From NCBI GenBank assembly GCA_028534125.1, contig CM052817.1, forward strand, positions 73,782,001-73,846,000: a DNA stretch of 64,000 nucleotides. Direction: 5' to 3'. Origin of the DNA: Lama glama (taxonomy: Eukaryota). Shown one piece after another: positions 52,016 to 63,407 of the stretch (positions within the stretch are counted from its first letter, which is position 1; each line of letters starts with the position of its first letter). A program made the position numbers and the translations under genes. The notes beneath the pieces were generated by a model. The model was not told where the DNA came from, searched no databases, and was given only the letters and a program-made list of their open reading frames with translations.

Positions 52016-52765
52016 GTATTCTGGTTTTGACTCTTGCTTTAGTGAAGAGTCTTCTGGATGAATGTAAATAGAAACCAATCAAAGATAACTTGGGACAAAA
52101 AGGGGGTGTGTATTGAAAAGGAACAGAGATATCCTCTAGAATTCAAGGGTAGCAAAGGAGTCAAGCCCCATGAGGGACTGGAAAACCACAAGGAAACAAG
52201 AAGTGAGGCTCACAGGCCCAGCCATAGGGCTGCATGTTTGCATCTTGACTTTTCCCTGCAAGTCAGTTACATTTACCTCCCTCTGTGGATCTGCTTCCTC
52301 TGCTTCTCTGGGTATGTGAACAAAGAGGCTGCCCCATGGCTCCCAAGAGTTAACATCACTGCAGTTCAAGCAGTCAGGCCAGATTGCTGTAGTACCTGCT
52401 GGTCCTAATTCCAAATTCCAGAGAGGGAGAGATGTGGCAGCCTCATCTGGGGTCCAGGTCAAACTAGTGCTTCTGAGCTGCTGGTCATTTTTCAGCTGGG
52501 CACTGGGGCGCGGGGGCAGTAAACATAGATTTCTGAGCCAGCCTCAGCCTAGCCTGGGTGATGGTGGTGGTGGTCAGAGAATCAGTGTTTTTAATAAAGC
52601 ACCTCTTTCATTTAAGCCTTGCTCAAGAGAATAGCCTTTGTGGGTAAGAATATTAATCGTAATAGAATAATAGGGATATACCAAAAAAAGATACTATTCA
52701 AATATGAAAATATTTAGATTTTTATAAGTATGTGTCAGTCTCTCTCCATATATATCTATAGCCTT

Positions 52766-52838
52766 ATCTATCATCTATCTATTTATCTATCTGTCTATCT
52801 ATCCATCCATCCATCCATCTATCTGGTTTATATCTATC
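52766..52838. repeat. Compound (TCTA)n/(TCCA)n microsatellite
   Basis: Direct reading. Confidence 0.85.
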
Positions 52839-55800
52839 TTACACTTCTGTATACTCCACTGGAGCCAGCTGCTGGGAAACAAAAAACTGGAGCATGTATT
52901 TATAAGTTAGTTCATCATTTACATCACTTAATCCTTTTTTGTAGCACATGGCGTGGGTTTAGTGAAAATTAAGTTTCTTAGGATTTTCTGCAAATACACA
53001 AATAAGATGTTTTCCACATCTCCTATTGAGTTAATTGGTACTTTTGGAGACTCGATTGTAAATTAGTCTTAATAACATTTGTAAATAGGTTATGTAGTAT
53101 ATGTCCTTTAGGAAAGCTGTGAGGAAGACAGGCTGTCTTGAATGCCTCTGGAGTGCTGTTCTGCGGCTCTGTCACTCAGAAGTGTTCCAGTTCCTCCCGT
53201 GCCCTGACGCACTTCTCTCTTCTCTATCAGAAGTCCTCACAGATCCTTTTTTAAAGTATGATAAGATTGATTATAGGCTTAGCCCTCCAAAAGATATTTG
53301 CATTTTAACAAGAATGAATATGACGAAGCCTTATGGCAACGTTCAGTATGTCAGACAGGCAGTCATTCAAGTCTGGGGCATGGATTTCCTTGTGGTCATT
53401 AAAGTCATGCCATTCAGGTGGTCTTTTACCCTGTTGGGAGTCTTCTTACCATGAAATCAACAGTAGAATATTTTACTTAACATCAATATACAAATGGATC
53501 GTGTAAGTGTTTACTGTCCATTAAAAACAAATCTTCCTTCAAAATAAACACAAGAAATCCATAAACAAATCAAGCAAGAGTTTGAGTAGAATGGAAATTC
53601 TTGACAGTTCGTGAACTGATCATGCAATGCTTCTGATTGTATAATTTTTAATTCATTAAAATGGTACGTACATATATGGAATCAGTTCACCATGTTCTCC
53701 CCAATGGTATTTTTCTAAATGTATTACTTCCTTTGAGAGAGTTTTAGCAGTCAGTCAGCAAATACTTAATGAGTATTTTTGAATTGCACACTCAGCAGTA
53801 GAAAAAAATAATCAGTTTGGAACACAAGAGTTTATATTATCTTTATAAAAATGATTTCAACATTGGATGGTGTCCTAAGAATAAAGGCATGATGCATTTG
53901 TCACTAGAGTAAAACTTTAGTATGTTAATACTATATTATGTTAAGTTATATCTAAATAACAATATAATATGTAAAAATACCAGCTTGAATTTGGTTGGTA
54001 TTTATAATTATAAATTATGATAACAAATAAATAAATTATATATAAAATAAATAAATTTATAATTATAAGATAATGCAACTGTGGAAGTATCTCTGGTAAT
54101 AAGCAAATCGATAATAAATTTTCCCATTGCATTTGTAAAGTACATACATTGTTTTTCTATTTAAGACTAACTGAAATCATTCATTTCATATTCTCCAAAT
54201 GGTTATTTCTCAGTAAGAACTATAATATAGAAATGATGTTACAATCCTTATCTAACCACCATGTAATAATAAAATAGAACCAGTTGTAGAATCCACCAGC
54301 ACATCTTAGGAAATTAATTACTTTTTTTGAAAAGAACTCCTTCAACATCTTCTATTTGTTTTGAATTATTAGGAAGGTTTACATAGCTTAATTTAGGTAT
54401 GCATGTTTACCATAATAAACTGTAGAGGATTTTCATACTGGTTGTTAGTTTGCAATCTTTTATTGTAGAAAATCCATTCTGCAAATAGAGTAGAAAATGG
54501 CACATATATTTGAAATGCCATTAAAGATGCCTTTGAGATATTTGATGATCACTTAGTTTAATGATCACTTCAGTAACACTTTTAAAAGATCAGAATCTCT
54601 GAGGAGAAGTATTTTTGTGTTCTCTATTTTAATATGGAGAAAATCAAGATGAAGAATAATCTTCTGTTTTGTCCTAATATTCATACTGTTTATACTTTGG
54701 GACTGTATACTATTTGTTTAGAAGTTATGACATTTTAATGCAAAAGGGTATATCTTCCATCTCATCCTCATGGTTTATGAAACTCAAAGCTGAATTCAGC
54801 CAGAACTATGTGGATTAAAAAGCCTCAGGCTCTTAAGTATAAAGCCTTTTCTCTAGTTGGAGATTTTTTTTTTCTCTGTAGATATCACTTAGATTTTTTT
54901 AAAGGTCGGAGAACTTGTCAGTCTCTAGAAGTAACACCATGGCTAGAGATCATGAATTTTGAAGAATGTGGTTTAGCTTTCTCAACCTAGCCTGCTGCAG
55001 GAGAGCAGGCCTGCAAAGCCGTGGTCAAGAGGTCTGGTCTGTTTTAGTTGGATATAAATTGGTGGAGTGGGGGTGCCGACTCAGAGCACAAGTAAGGTTC
55101 CTCAGTATAGAGCTGCAGGATGTACAGGAAGAGGGCAAATATACGAGGTATTTGAACAACAGTAGCAGGAGAGAAACACATGTTATGGATAGTCTGTTAG
55201 TTAGAATATAAGCTCTGTGAGGGCAGAAGCTTTGGTTCACTGATATAGTCAAGTCAATATGAAAGGTACTCAAGAAACACCTTCTACACATACAAATGAT
55301 TTAGATTTTAAAGCTACTCTTTAAATTTCAGTTTCGCTTGATGGAAGATACTTACACATGTAGTGAGGCTGCTAGATTGTGGCACTGACTAAATAAACCA
55401 CTTTCCCCCTCCTTTCTCATGTTTTTATCTTTTACTAATTCTTGACTATACTTTAATTGCATATTCAATTAATCAAAATAATTACTTGATGGATATATGG
55501 CAGGAAATTTACATAAAACTGGTCAATTTATGATGCTCTATATAAATGATGGGGTTATTTTTTATTTAGCACAGAGAGGAACCCCCAACATAGTATACTA
55601 TCTTCGGGTGCTGGAGAAAATTATTGTGAACTCATTTCCTGTAACTCTGGACTTTTTTATATTGATATGATATTTTATTGATGAAAATATGGATTGTTGC
55701 CATGGTTATCAAGTAGAGGTAGTAATTGGCTGATCAACTATTTGAGTAAATAAATAGATTCAGCAGGAGGCACAGATGGGTTTGAAATGAATATTATTTG

Positions 55801-56065
55801 CAAGCTTATTAGCTGAGTTATTTTAAAGTCTTACATCATGAGTACCCAATATAGAAAATGTAATTTGCAGAAAGTGTTGATTAACTTCGAGAGTATGTCT
55901 TGGATAGGAAGTCATATTAACTTGGAGGGTTTGTCTTTATATATCAGAAGATGCAGTTCCTGGGGAGAGGCTATGAATTTTCCAGGAGTTTTTCAAGACG
56001 TGACATTACAGATGATGCAGTGTATCTTCTTCAGCTGTACCCCTTTGCTTCCCTTCTCTCTACAG

Positions 56066-56164
56066 AGTGGACTCACATCCTTACACCTTGCTGCCCAGGA
56101 AGATAAAGTGAATGTTGCTGATATTCTCACCAAGCATGGGGCTGACCAGGATGCTCACACAAAG
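56066..56164 (+). CDS. ANK2: ANK2 exon 19 (99 nt): [33 protein letters not shown]
   Basis: ctctctacag| acceptor, |gtaggg donor. Confidence 0.97.
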
Positions 56165-56858
56165 GTAGGGCAAGTCACTGTCAGTATTGTGACAGGTTCT
56201 GACTCGGATGATTCCCAGTAGCCCCCATTTAGGTCACCCCTAGTCTAAGCTCCATCCGCACCTCGAAATCCCATTCTGAATTATTTATGACTCTCTCCTG
56301 CTCACAAATCTATAATGCTTCTCCATTTTTGCTCGAATTAAGTCCAAATGGATAGCAATAGTAGGACTCTTTACAAAAAGATACCAGTTTTGCAGACTTA
56401 GGTCCACCCTCTCTCCCTCATCACTTCAGCTAGTGGGGATGACTTGCTGTTCCCATCCTGTGCTTGCCTCCTCCATGCCCTTGGTTGTGAAATGCAGTGC
56501 CGTGAAGTTCTATGAGCTCACTATGGCAACATTTTTTCATGCATTTCCTCTGGGTCCTCCTGTCAGACTCAATCTCTCACCCCTGTTTTCAGATCCTATT
56601 ATCCGTCTCTCTCTTAGCTCTTTGTCAGATTAAGTGGACACACATGTCTCCCTTCCTGTGTTAAGTTCCTGTGTTCAGGGATCTGTCCCTATTCATATTT
56701 ATATCCACAGAACGCATGTATCATTTGCCAAGTAATATTTGTACCATCAAATAGAATTTCTACCCAACCTACCATAACCGAAGCTCTCCCTAATCTCCCA
56801 TCCCTTGAGTATTTACCACTACAGTAGTTATTTATTTGTTTATTATTATTATTTATAG

Positions 56859-56957
56859 CTTGGTTACACTCCTTTAATCGTGGCCTGTCACTATGGAAAT
56901 GTGAAAATGGTCAACTTTCTTCTGAAGCAGGGAGCAAATGTCAATGCAAAAACCAAG
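56859..56957 (+). CDS. ANK2: ANK2 exon 20 (99 nt): [33 protein letters not shown]
   Basis: atttatag| acceptor, |gtaaaa donor. Confidence 0.97.
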
Positions 56958-58694
56958 GTAAAATACTTGTACTCATTTTTATTTTCTATATGCAAATGGT
57001 TCAGCCGTATGACACTTCACTAGCTCACCATAGCTACAAATGTATTTTCCTTTTAGTTCTTCTAAAGCGATTTTGAGTAAGTGATGTATTGTTGCACAGT
57101 TGTTTGGACTTTTCATCCTAATGACTTTTGACAGCCATGTAGGTTAGCTTCAGAACGACTTCTGTGGTAAAGTTCCAGTAGCTGACATGGATTTAACAGT
57201 TTACTGCAGGGTATGATAGTTGCCTAGTTAGAACATCTTGATGTTCTGCCCAATTTCCTTTACATTGTTTCCAGGCCTTGGCCCCCCTCATTGCCCAATC
57301 TTCAGTACAGGCAGTGTGCCTTTCAGTTTTAATAAACCCTGTCGTATTTGGAATATCACATGGTCATGCTCAGTGAGGCAATAATACGTAAGGCCTGGGT
57401 TGGAAGTTTTCAAGGATAATGCAGAGCTGACTTAATCCCAAGTGTTTTTCCCAGTGGTGTCTGAAGGGTCCCATTCAGCAAAGCAAGATGGGAACATAAC
57501 ATCACACTTCAGTACATTCAAATTATTTCAAGAGGAAGACAAATGTGTGAAATAACGGCTGTTACTAGTATAACTTTTGCAGCTCCAATTTTCTTGGTCC
57601 AAAAAGTATGTAATTGCATTTTTTAAAGTTTATATATCAGAAATCTCTAATTGCAGCTATGTGAGTAGGCTCAAGTAAACTAGTGTGAGCACATTCAGGA
57701 GTTTTCAAAGTCATCATTAAAGATGCCACTCATTAGAAGCAGAAGAAGTTTTGAAGGTCAGTCTTTTTATATCCACTTCAAAGCAGAGACAAAAGCACGT
57801 CTGTACATAAGTGTATGTGTAGGTGAATTAAAAAATAAAATTATTTTAAAATGATAAATAACACTATTAATATTTCAGAATCAGAACTTCTAATCCAACT
57901 CTAACATGATAGATATTGCCAAGTTGCTGACTAATTCTTGAGTTCTTGTGCATTTGTACTTTGAGACTTATTGAAAAGCTCCAAATATGAATTCTCAGGC
58001 ATTCACATGTAATAGGATTTCTGTTGGGTCAGTTCACATATAAGCACTGCAGGAAAGATTTTCTCGTTGGAATCCAGGTATTCTCCTGAAAGGCATAAAT
58101 GCAACAATGCAATGAGATTTGGGCAGAACTTGAAAACCTTTACCATATTTGTTTTGTTAAGTGTTTGTTGAACTGGCTATAACATTTAGAAGCCAGACAT
58201 ATTGTCTAGATAACATCATTTGCCTCCCTGGAGTTTGATCTGCATTCAAGTGGGCATTTGGTTGAGAGAAAAATCTCATCTTAACTTCCAGAGTTTTTAA
58301 AAAGTGAACTTTCTAGATTTTACTTGCTTTTGGAAACAAATACATCTTTTTATGTATCTGCAGGGGAGTGGATAGATAGATACCCAAAGGATTTCATTTA
58401 ATAAACACTTCATAATTTTATGTAGAATGACATTTTTGGAGAAGGAATTATGTTTTCTTCCTCACGCCTCATATGTAACCATAGTTACTAAAAATTGTTT
58501 TGTTGCTATGAAAATATAAACATATGTAATTCCTTTACTCCTTAAACATCCATCACTTGGTATGAAAATTTGGAAAAGTTTATAAAACTTCAGTATACTA
58601 TTTATAAACACAATGGAAAGGAAGAGTTTTTCAGGAAAAGAAATATCGCATACTTGATGCTCCTCAAATATCCATGGATTACCCGATTTGAGAG

Positions 58695-58750
58695 CAGAGT
58701 CCCTGTAGGAGTGATACATATCTCAGAGTCCCTGTAGGGGATTTATAGCT
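58695..58750. repeat. Short tandem duplication, 29-bp period
   Basis: CAGAGTCCCTGTAGG at 58695-58709 and 58724-58738. Confidence 0.75.
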
Positions 58751-58923
58751 CCAGGTTTCCTGAGGTCATTCCATTGCAGGGATGTGTATCAGACATGGCA
58801 GAGCTGATGCTATTCCAGCCTGAGGGACAGTCAGACAGATAGATAGTCACACACGTGGTACATCCCCATAGATGGAAAAGCCATAGTGACAGCTTAGAGG
58901 GAATCATATGGCAACCTGAGCCT

Positions 58924-59337
58924 TGTTAAAAAAAAAATTCAACTAGGTAAATTTTTAAAATCTAATTGGCTTTATTGAAAGATTCATGAATTGGGCAGCA
59001 TTTGTCAAGTGAATAGAGGGGAGCTCCAAAGGACTACAGAAAGGGAAAGGTTTTTAAAGGCAGGACAAGAAAGTCCTAAACAGAAAAGAGTAAGGCTTAG
59101 GTAGCCTACCTCTTGGGGGTGAAAGTGGGCTGTGTGGCAGATTAACTCACCTTTTGGGGAATGGAGGGGGCCCATGTGACAGATTACCTCCTTGGTGCTG
59201 ACCAGAAAATACCAGACTGACCCATTAAGACTGCATTTCTGGGGAAAGCTTCAGCTAGCTTAGGTACTAAGCCCCAGTTTGGTGGTGTGGCCTAGCATAA
59301 GCGACTCCATTTTGGGCCTGTGGTTTTATGTTTAACA
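58924..59337 (-). mobile_element. ERV1 3' LTR
   Basis: TGTTAA...TTAACA inverted termini; minus-strand AATAAA at 58971-58976; polypurine tract AAAAGGAGGAACT abuts the LTR on the minus strand (59338-59350). Confidence 0.85.
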
Positions 59338-61135
59338 AGTTCCTCCTTTTGATCAGACTCTCAGCTTAACTGAGATGTGACCAATATTTAAGCCATCAGC
59401 CCCACTCTCTGCTACTTCTCTGAAGTTCTCATGGTTTTTGTTGTCCCTTTGGTATCCATAAGTTGTGATGTTTCTTCTGCCCATGTGATATTCACAGATC
59501 ACAGCCTCAGGTTTACAGTCTTTAAGTTGGTCATTCTCTTTGTTCCTTTTCTAATGGAAAATGTTCCATTCTTAGGGAGATCATATGCTTTGTGGCAAGT
59601 GGCTATGAACACATATTTAAAGCTTTCGGTGGGGGGGACGTGGGGGTATAGTTCAGGGGAAGAGTGTGTGCTTAGCATATACAAGATCCTGGGTTCAATC
59701 TCTAGTACCTCCATAGAAAATAAGAAAATAACAAAAATAAATAAATAAAGCTTTTGAGAGAATACAATGCACCAAGGAGATTATTATGATTATTATAAGT
59801 AGGATAAGTCTTCATTTCTGGAGTGCATTTCAGAGCCATGATGCCCAAGACTCAAACCAATCAAAATCAACCAAGTCAAAGACCTCATTGAAGGAGTCCA
59901 AGCGGCTTGCCCAGTGATCTGATGCAATTGTTTCAACTTCCCCAGAAGTGTTAATCCAGGTAGAGCAGATGGTGTTGGCCCCAGCACCCGGTCTTGCACA
60001 GCTAAAAGAAAATCAAGGGCTATCTTATGATCAAGAACAACTTTGGCCAGAATGTCTAAAGATCTTGTTGGGCAGCTATTATCTTAGCAATAGAATCTGC
60101 AGTATATTCAAGAGTTAAGGAAAGATTCCTCGTTAGCACTGACCCCTAACCAGGGAAGCAGGGTTCTGTCAAAGGGAGTTAATTTTGAGTCATGATTGCC
60201 TGTTGGTATTAAGGGTCTGTGGGCCACACAGGCAGTTGTATTCTGGTTATTCTCATCTTGTATCCCTTTCTTTACATAGAACCTGGGCACAGAGTTCCCC
60301 AAGTTTGGGGTGTTAACCAGAGACAGGGAAAAAGTCTGGGGGTTTCTAGCATCAAGGACAGATCAGAGTTTTTGATGATAAATCCAGCAGTCTGCAAGCT
60401 TACTCCTCTTAGCAGTGGCCTGGGAGATATGAATGGTAGCATTATCTTTCCTGGCCAAGGTAAGAGTAAAGGAAAAAAAAGGAGAAGAGAGGTTTTCATG
60501 TTTAGTTAAAGTGAAGTCATGATCTGGCATCTTGGGAAGAAGCAATCTCCCTTAATGTCAGCTACTTCTCTTCTTAGTCAGTTTGATTTGGAGGTCTCCA
60601 GCATTCGGATGGGACCAGATGTCAGGTGGCATCTTCTTTAACTTATAAATGTGTACCCAAGGCTCAAACTGTTGAAGTTTAGCTGCCATCTGAATAGTAA
60701 AGAAGATCTGGTATAGTCCCTTCCAAGGAGATTCAAAGGCAGTCTTTGTTTTCACCAATTCAGTTTTATGATCTTAAAAGTTATCAAAACCCCACACTTG
60801 TCAAAAAATTATTTTCTTGATTTATTCTGAAGATGAACCACTTTTGCTGGAAGACTTCTGCAAAGCATCAGAGTAAAACACTAACTCTTTGCAAATGACA
60901 AAAAAGACTTTAAAATGCCCGTTGTTAAAGATCTTGGAATTGACAAGGACATTTGGACACACAACATTTAAGATAAGAACTGGAATTATGACTAATACAA
61001 TTATACCAGGACATATCAAACTTCTGGGATTTTCATAGAATTTATGAGATACTTACATACTTATATAAACACAACATAAAGAAGGCTTTCTATTATTTCT
61101 TACTTGACAATGCTTCCCATGTAATTTAACATATT
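59338..61135 (-). mobile_element. ERV1 (MER4-group-like, non-autonomous) internal region with decayed integrase C-terminus and env
   Basis: Minus-strand peptides: KTAFESPWKGLYQIFFT..AAKLQQFEPWVHIYKLKKMPPD (IN GPY/F region, 60558-60758); MKTSLLLFFPLLL signal peptide; DNATIHISQ..LADCWIYH (SU CxxC relic); LLPWLGV; SLDILAKVVLDHKIALDFLLA (immunosuppressive domain) and ANTICSTWINTSGEVET. Frameshifted; no 5' LTR seen. Confidence 0.85.
59627..59745 (+). mobile_element. Vic-1-like SINE nested in the ERV
   Basis: GGGGGTATAGTTCAGGGGAAGAGTGTGTGCTTAGCATATACAAGATCCTGGGTTCAATCTCTAGTACCTCC plus A-rich tail; TSD TAAAGCTTT at 59618-59626 and 59746-59754. Confidence 0.88.
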
Positions 61136-62149
61136 GGTCATGAGGAGGCAGTGACACTAGATGTAAGGGAAAGATACTCTTACAAGTTTAAGGTGTGAAT
61201 GGGCTACCCAGAACTTAGAGCCCAGGACACTTGGGTCTGAAATATATAGATGAAATTTTATCGGTAGTGAGGCAGGTTGATAATAAAAAAGTAGTCTGAT
61301 GGTCATTGTCTATCACTATCTTCTCCATAGGATCTGAACCTAGAATGATAGTGAAGAAATTACTTAACCTTGCTATTTTCAGATTCATCATCTCTGAAAT
61401 GAGGAGAAAATTCATTTATTCAATCAGTTTTTTTGTGGACTCATTTAGTCACCCATTACCTATAAAACACCTACTATGTACCAAATACACTCATTTGCAG
61501 AATGGTAATAAAGATTAAAAGAGACAATAAATACAAGGTCCAATATCTGGCATAAAATTATGCTTAATACATGATCACTATTAATGTTTTGTTGTGTCTC
61601 CAAGGAGTCTAGTGCAATTTATTTAATTAATGTGCATTTGCAATTAACCTGTACCAAACCCACCACCCACTAAAGTTCTGAGCCAGACTGGCTTTCCACT
61701 AATCTTAACTGCAGTTCCTCACAAATCATGGATTACAGAACTTTCATCTGAGTGAACGTTTAGACCAGAATGTTGAAAAGAACCTACTTTTAGAAGACAT
61801 TTATTGAAAGTGGGCCACCCAGCTTCCAATGAAACCTTCTATTAAGTGTGCTCCTCTTTGACTGAAGCCGTTCTCTGAAAGCAATATGAGATTTAGATTT
61901 ACTTTCATTGACTTAGAATTCTTAAAGCTAGCCCAAAGGTTAATGAGAAGGGAAGTCACGATGAAAAAGTAGTGGTTTGTACGTTTTTCCCTAGGGAAGA
62001 AATCACTGTGATAATGCACTTTCTCATTATAAATCTTCTCCAGCAAACCCCTTTCCAATGCTCATGAAAATGCTACTTGGTGAAAATATAATAATGGTTA
62101 TAATTTGGAGTCTGTTTATCTTGCTATTTCATCAGCCAGCCTCTTCTCT

Positions 62150-62910
62150 TTGATTAGCGGACCATAAGGTGTGAGGGCGTGTTTGCTGCCGAGAAATGGG
62201 TTGCTGGTATGCTGCTCGCCTAATAAACAGGCATCCCTGATTATTTGATTGTAAATAAGGCTAAGAAATTCAAAATGAAGGCTAACCTAGTTTTCCTTTT
62301 CCTTTGGCACATCGCTGCTCGGTCCCCGCCCCTGTGGCCCACAGAACGGCTACACGCCCTTGCACCAGGCCGCCCAGCAGGGCCACACGCACATCATCAA
62401 CGTCCTGCTGCAGCACGGGGCCAAGCCCAACGCCACCACCGCGGTAAGGCGGGCGCCGGCCGCCCCTCCCACGCCGCTCCTTCCTCCTTTCCCACCCCAG
62501 CATCCTCTTTAAATACGCCCCCGGCGCTCTGGAAAGCCCAGAATTTCCAGAAATCAGCACGACTTCGCCGGGAGTGCGGGTTCGGGAAGGGAGCGCAGCG
62601 GCTTGACTCGGTCCAGTCTCCGGGGAGAGGGGGCCCTGCGCTCGGGGCTGCCCCGCGGCCAGCTGGTTCTGAGCTGTGAGCGAGTCCTCCCGCCCCGCCT
62701 TCTTAAGGGAGCACAGTTTCCGAGACCGCTGGCTCAGACTAAGCTCTTTGGGGGATGCGTAGCCATTGAAATGTAAACTAAGCGGTGCAATTAAACAAAC
62801 CGGGATCCCCAGTGGTCTGGGCCGGGGCCTGAATTGCTGGCTTGTGTTATTCTGCTGCAGCCGCAGCTTCCGCACAGCTGTACCTAAATCTGTTACTGTG
62901 TTCCCCGTGG
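62150..62910. promoter_or_regulatory. Intragenic CpG island spanning exon 21
   Basis: Abrupt rise in GC and CpG in an otherwise AT-rich, CpG-poor gene; GC boxes CCCCGCCCC (62324-62332) and CCCGCCCCGCC (62689-62699); no repeat recognised. Confidence 0.75.
62345..62443 (+). CDS. ANK2: ANK2 exon 21 (99 nt): [33 protein letters not shown]
   Basis: gcccacag| acceptor, |gtaagg donor. Confidence 0.97.
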
Positions 62911-63113
62911 TGACATCTTACCTGCAGCAGATGGCCTGACCTCAGTGAGGAGTGAGTGTACTTGGTGCTTGAGTAGTTTTTGGAGGCCTCATCTTCCATT
63001 CACGAGTTACTTTCCTAAGCACAATACAGAATTCGGAGAGCCATTTGACAACCTTAGGGTTAAAGCAGTCAAGTGCCTCTTATTAGAAAGAGCGGGCAGA
63101 TGCAGCTTGTTGT

Positions 63114-63127
63114 GTTACCATGGTGAC
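63114..63127. promoter_or_regulatory. Candidate RFX X-box
   Basis: GTTACCATGGTGAC (reverse complement GTCACCATGGTAAC) fits the GTYRCC-AT-GGYAAC consensus; motif match only. Confidence 0.5.
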
Positions 63128-63308
63128 CTGGGCTATAGTCTCAAGAAGTTACAAAGACAGATTCAGATGTAATGGTAAAAACAAGTGATTTTCCTAAGCT
63201 GTGCCTTGTTTTGGAAGGAAATGCTGGCTCATGTGGAGCCGCGGGTGAGCTCATTGGCTCACATTGCCGTCCTCCCTCCCGGCTCTCACTCTTTCACTCT
63301 CCCTTCAG

Positions 63309-63407
63309 AATGGCAACACTGCCTTGGCGATTGCTAAGCGTCTGGGCTACATCTCCGTGGTGGACACCCTGAAGGTTGTAACCGAGGAGGTCACCACCAC
63401 CACCACG
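63309..63407 (+). CDS. ANK2: ANK2 exon 22 (99 nt): [33 protein letters not shown] (last ankyrin repeat)
   Basis: cccttcag| acceptor, |gtaagt donor. Confidence 0.97.

Noticed and set aside
59793..60545. Possible domesticated env (syncytin-like gene)
   Set aside because: Multiple frameshifts, mutated CxxC and CX6CC cysteines and most of SU missing.
62245..62875. 144-aa (+) and 197-aa (-) ORFs overlapping exon 21
   Set aside because: Stop-poor frames are expected in GC-rich sequence; no recognisable protein family; the real frame is the ankyrin repeat.
15358..63407. Assignment to ANK1 or ANK3 instead of ANK2
   Set aside because: Peptides such as [32 protein letters not shown] and [11 protein letters not shown] match ankyrin-B as I recall it.
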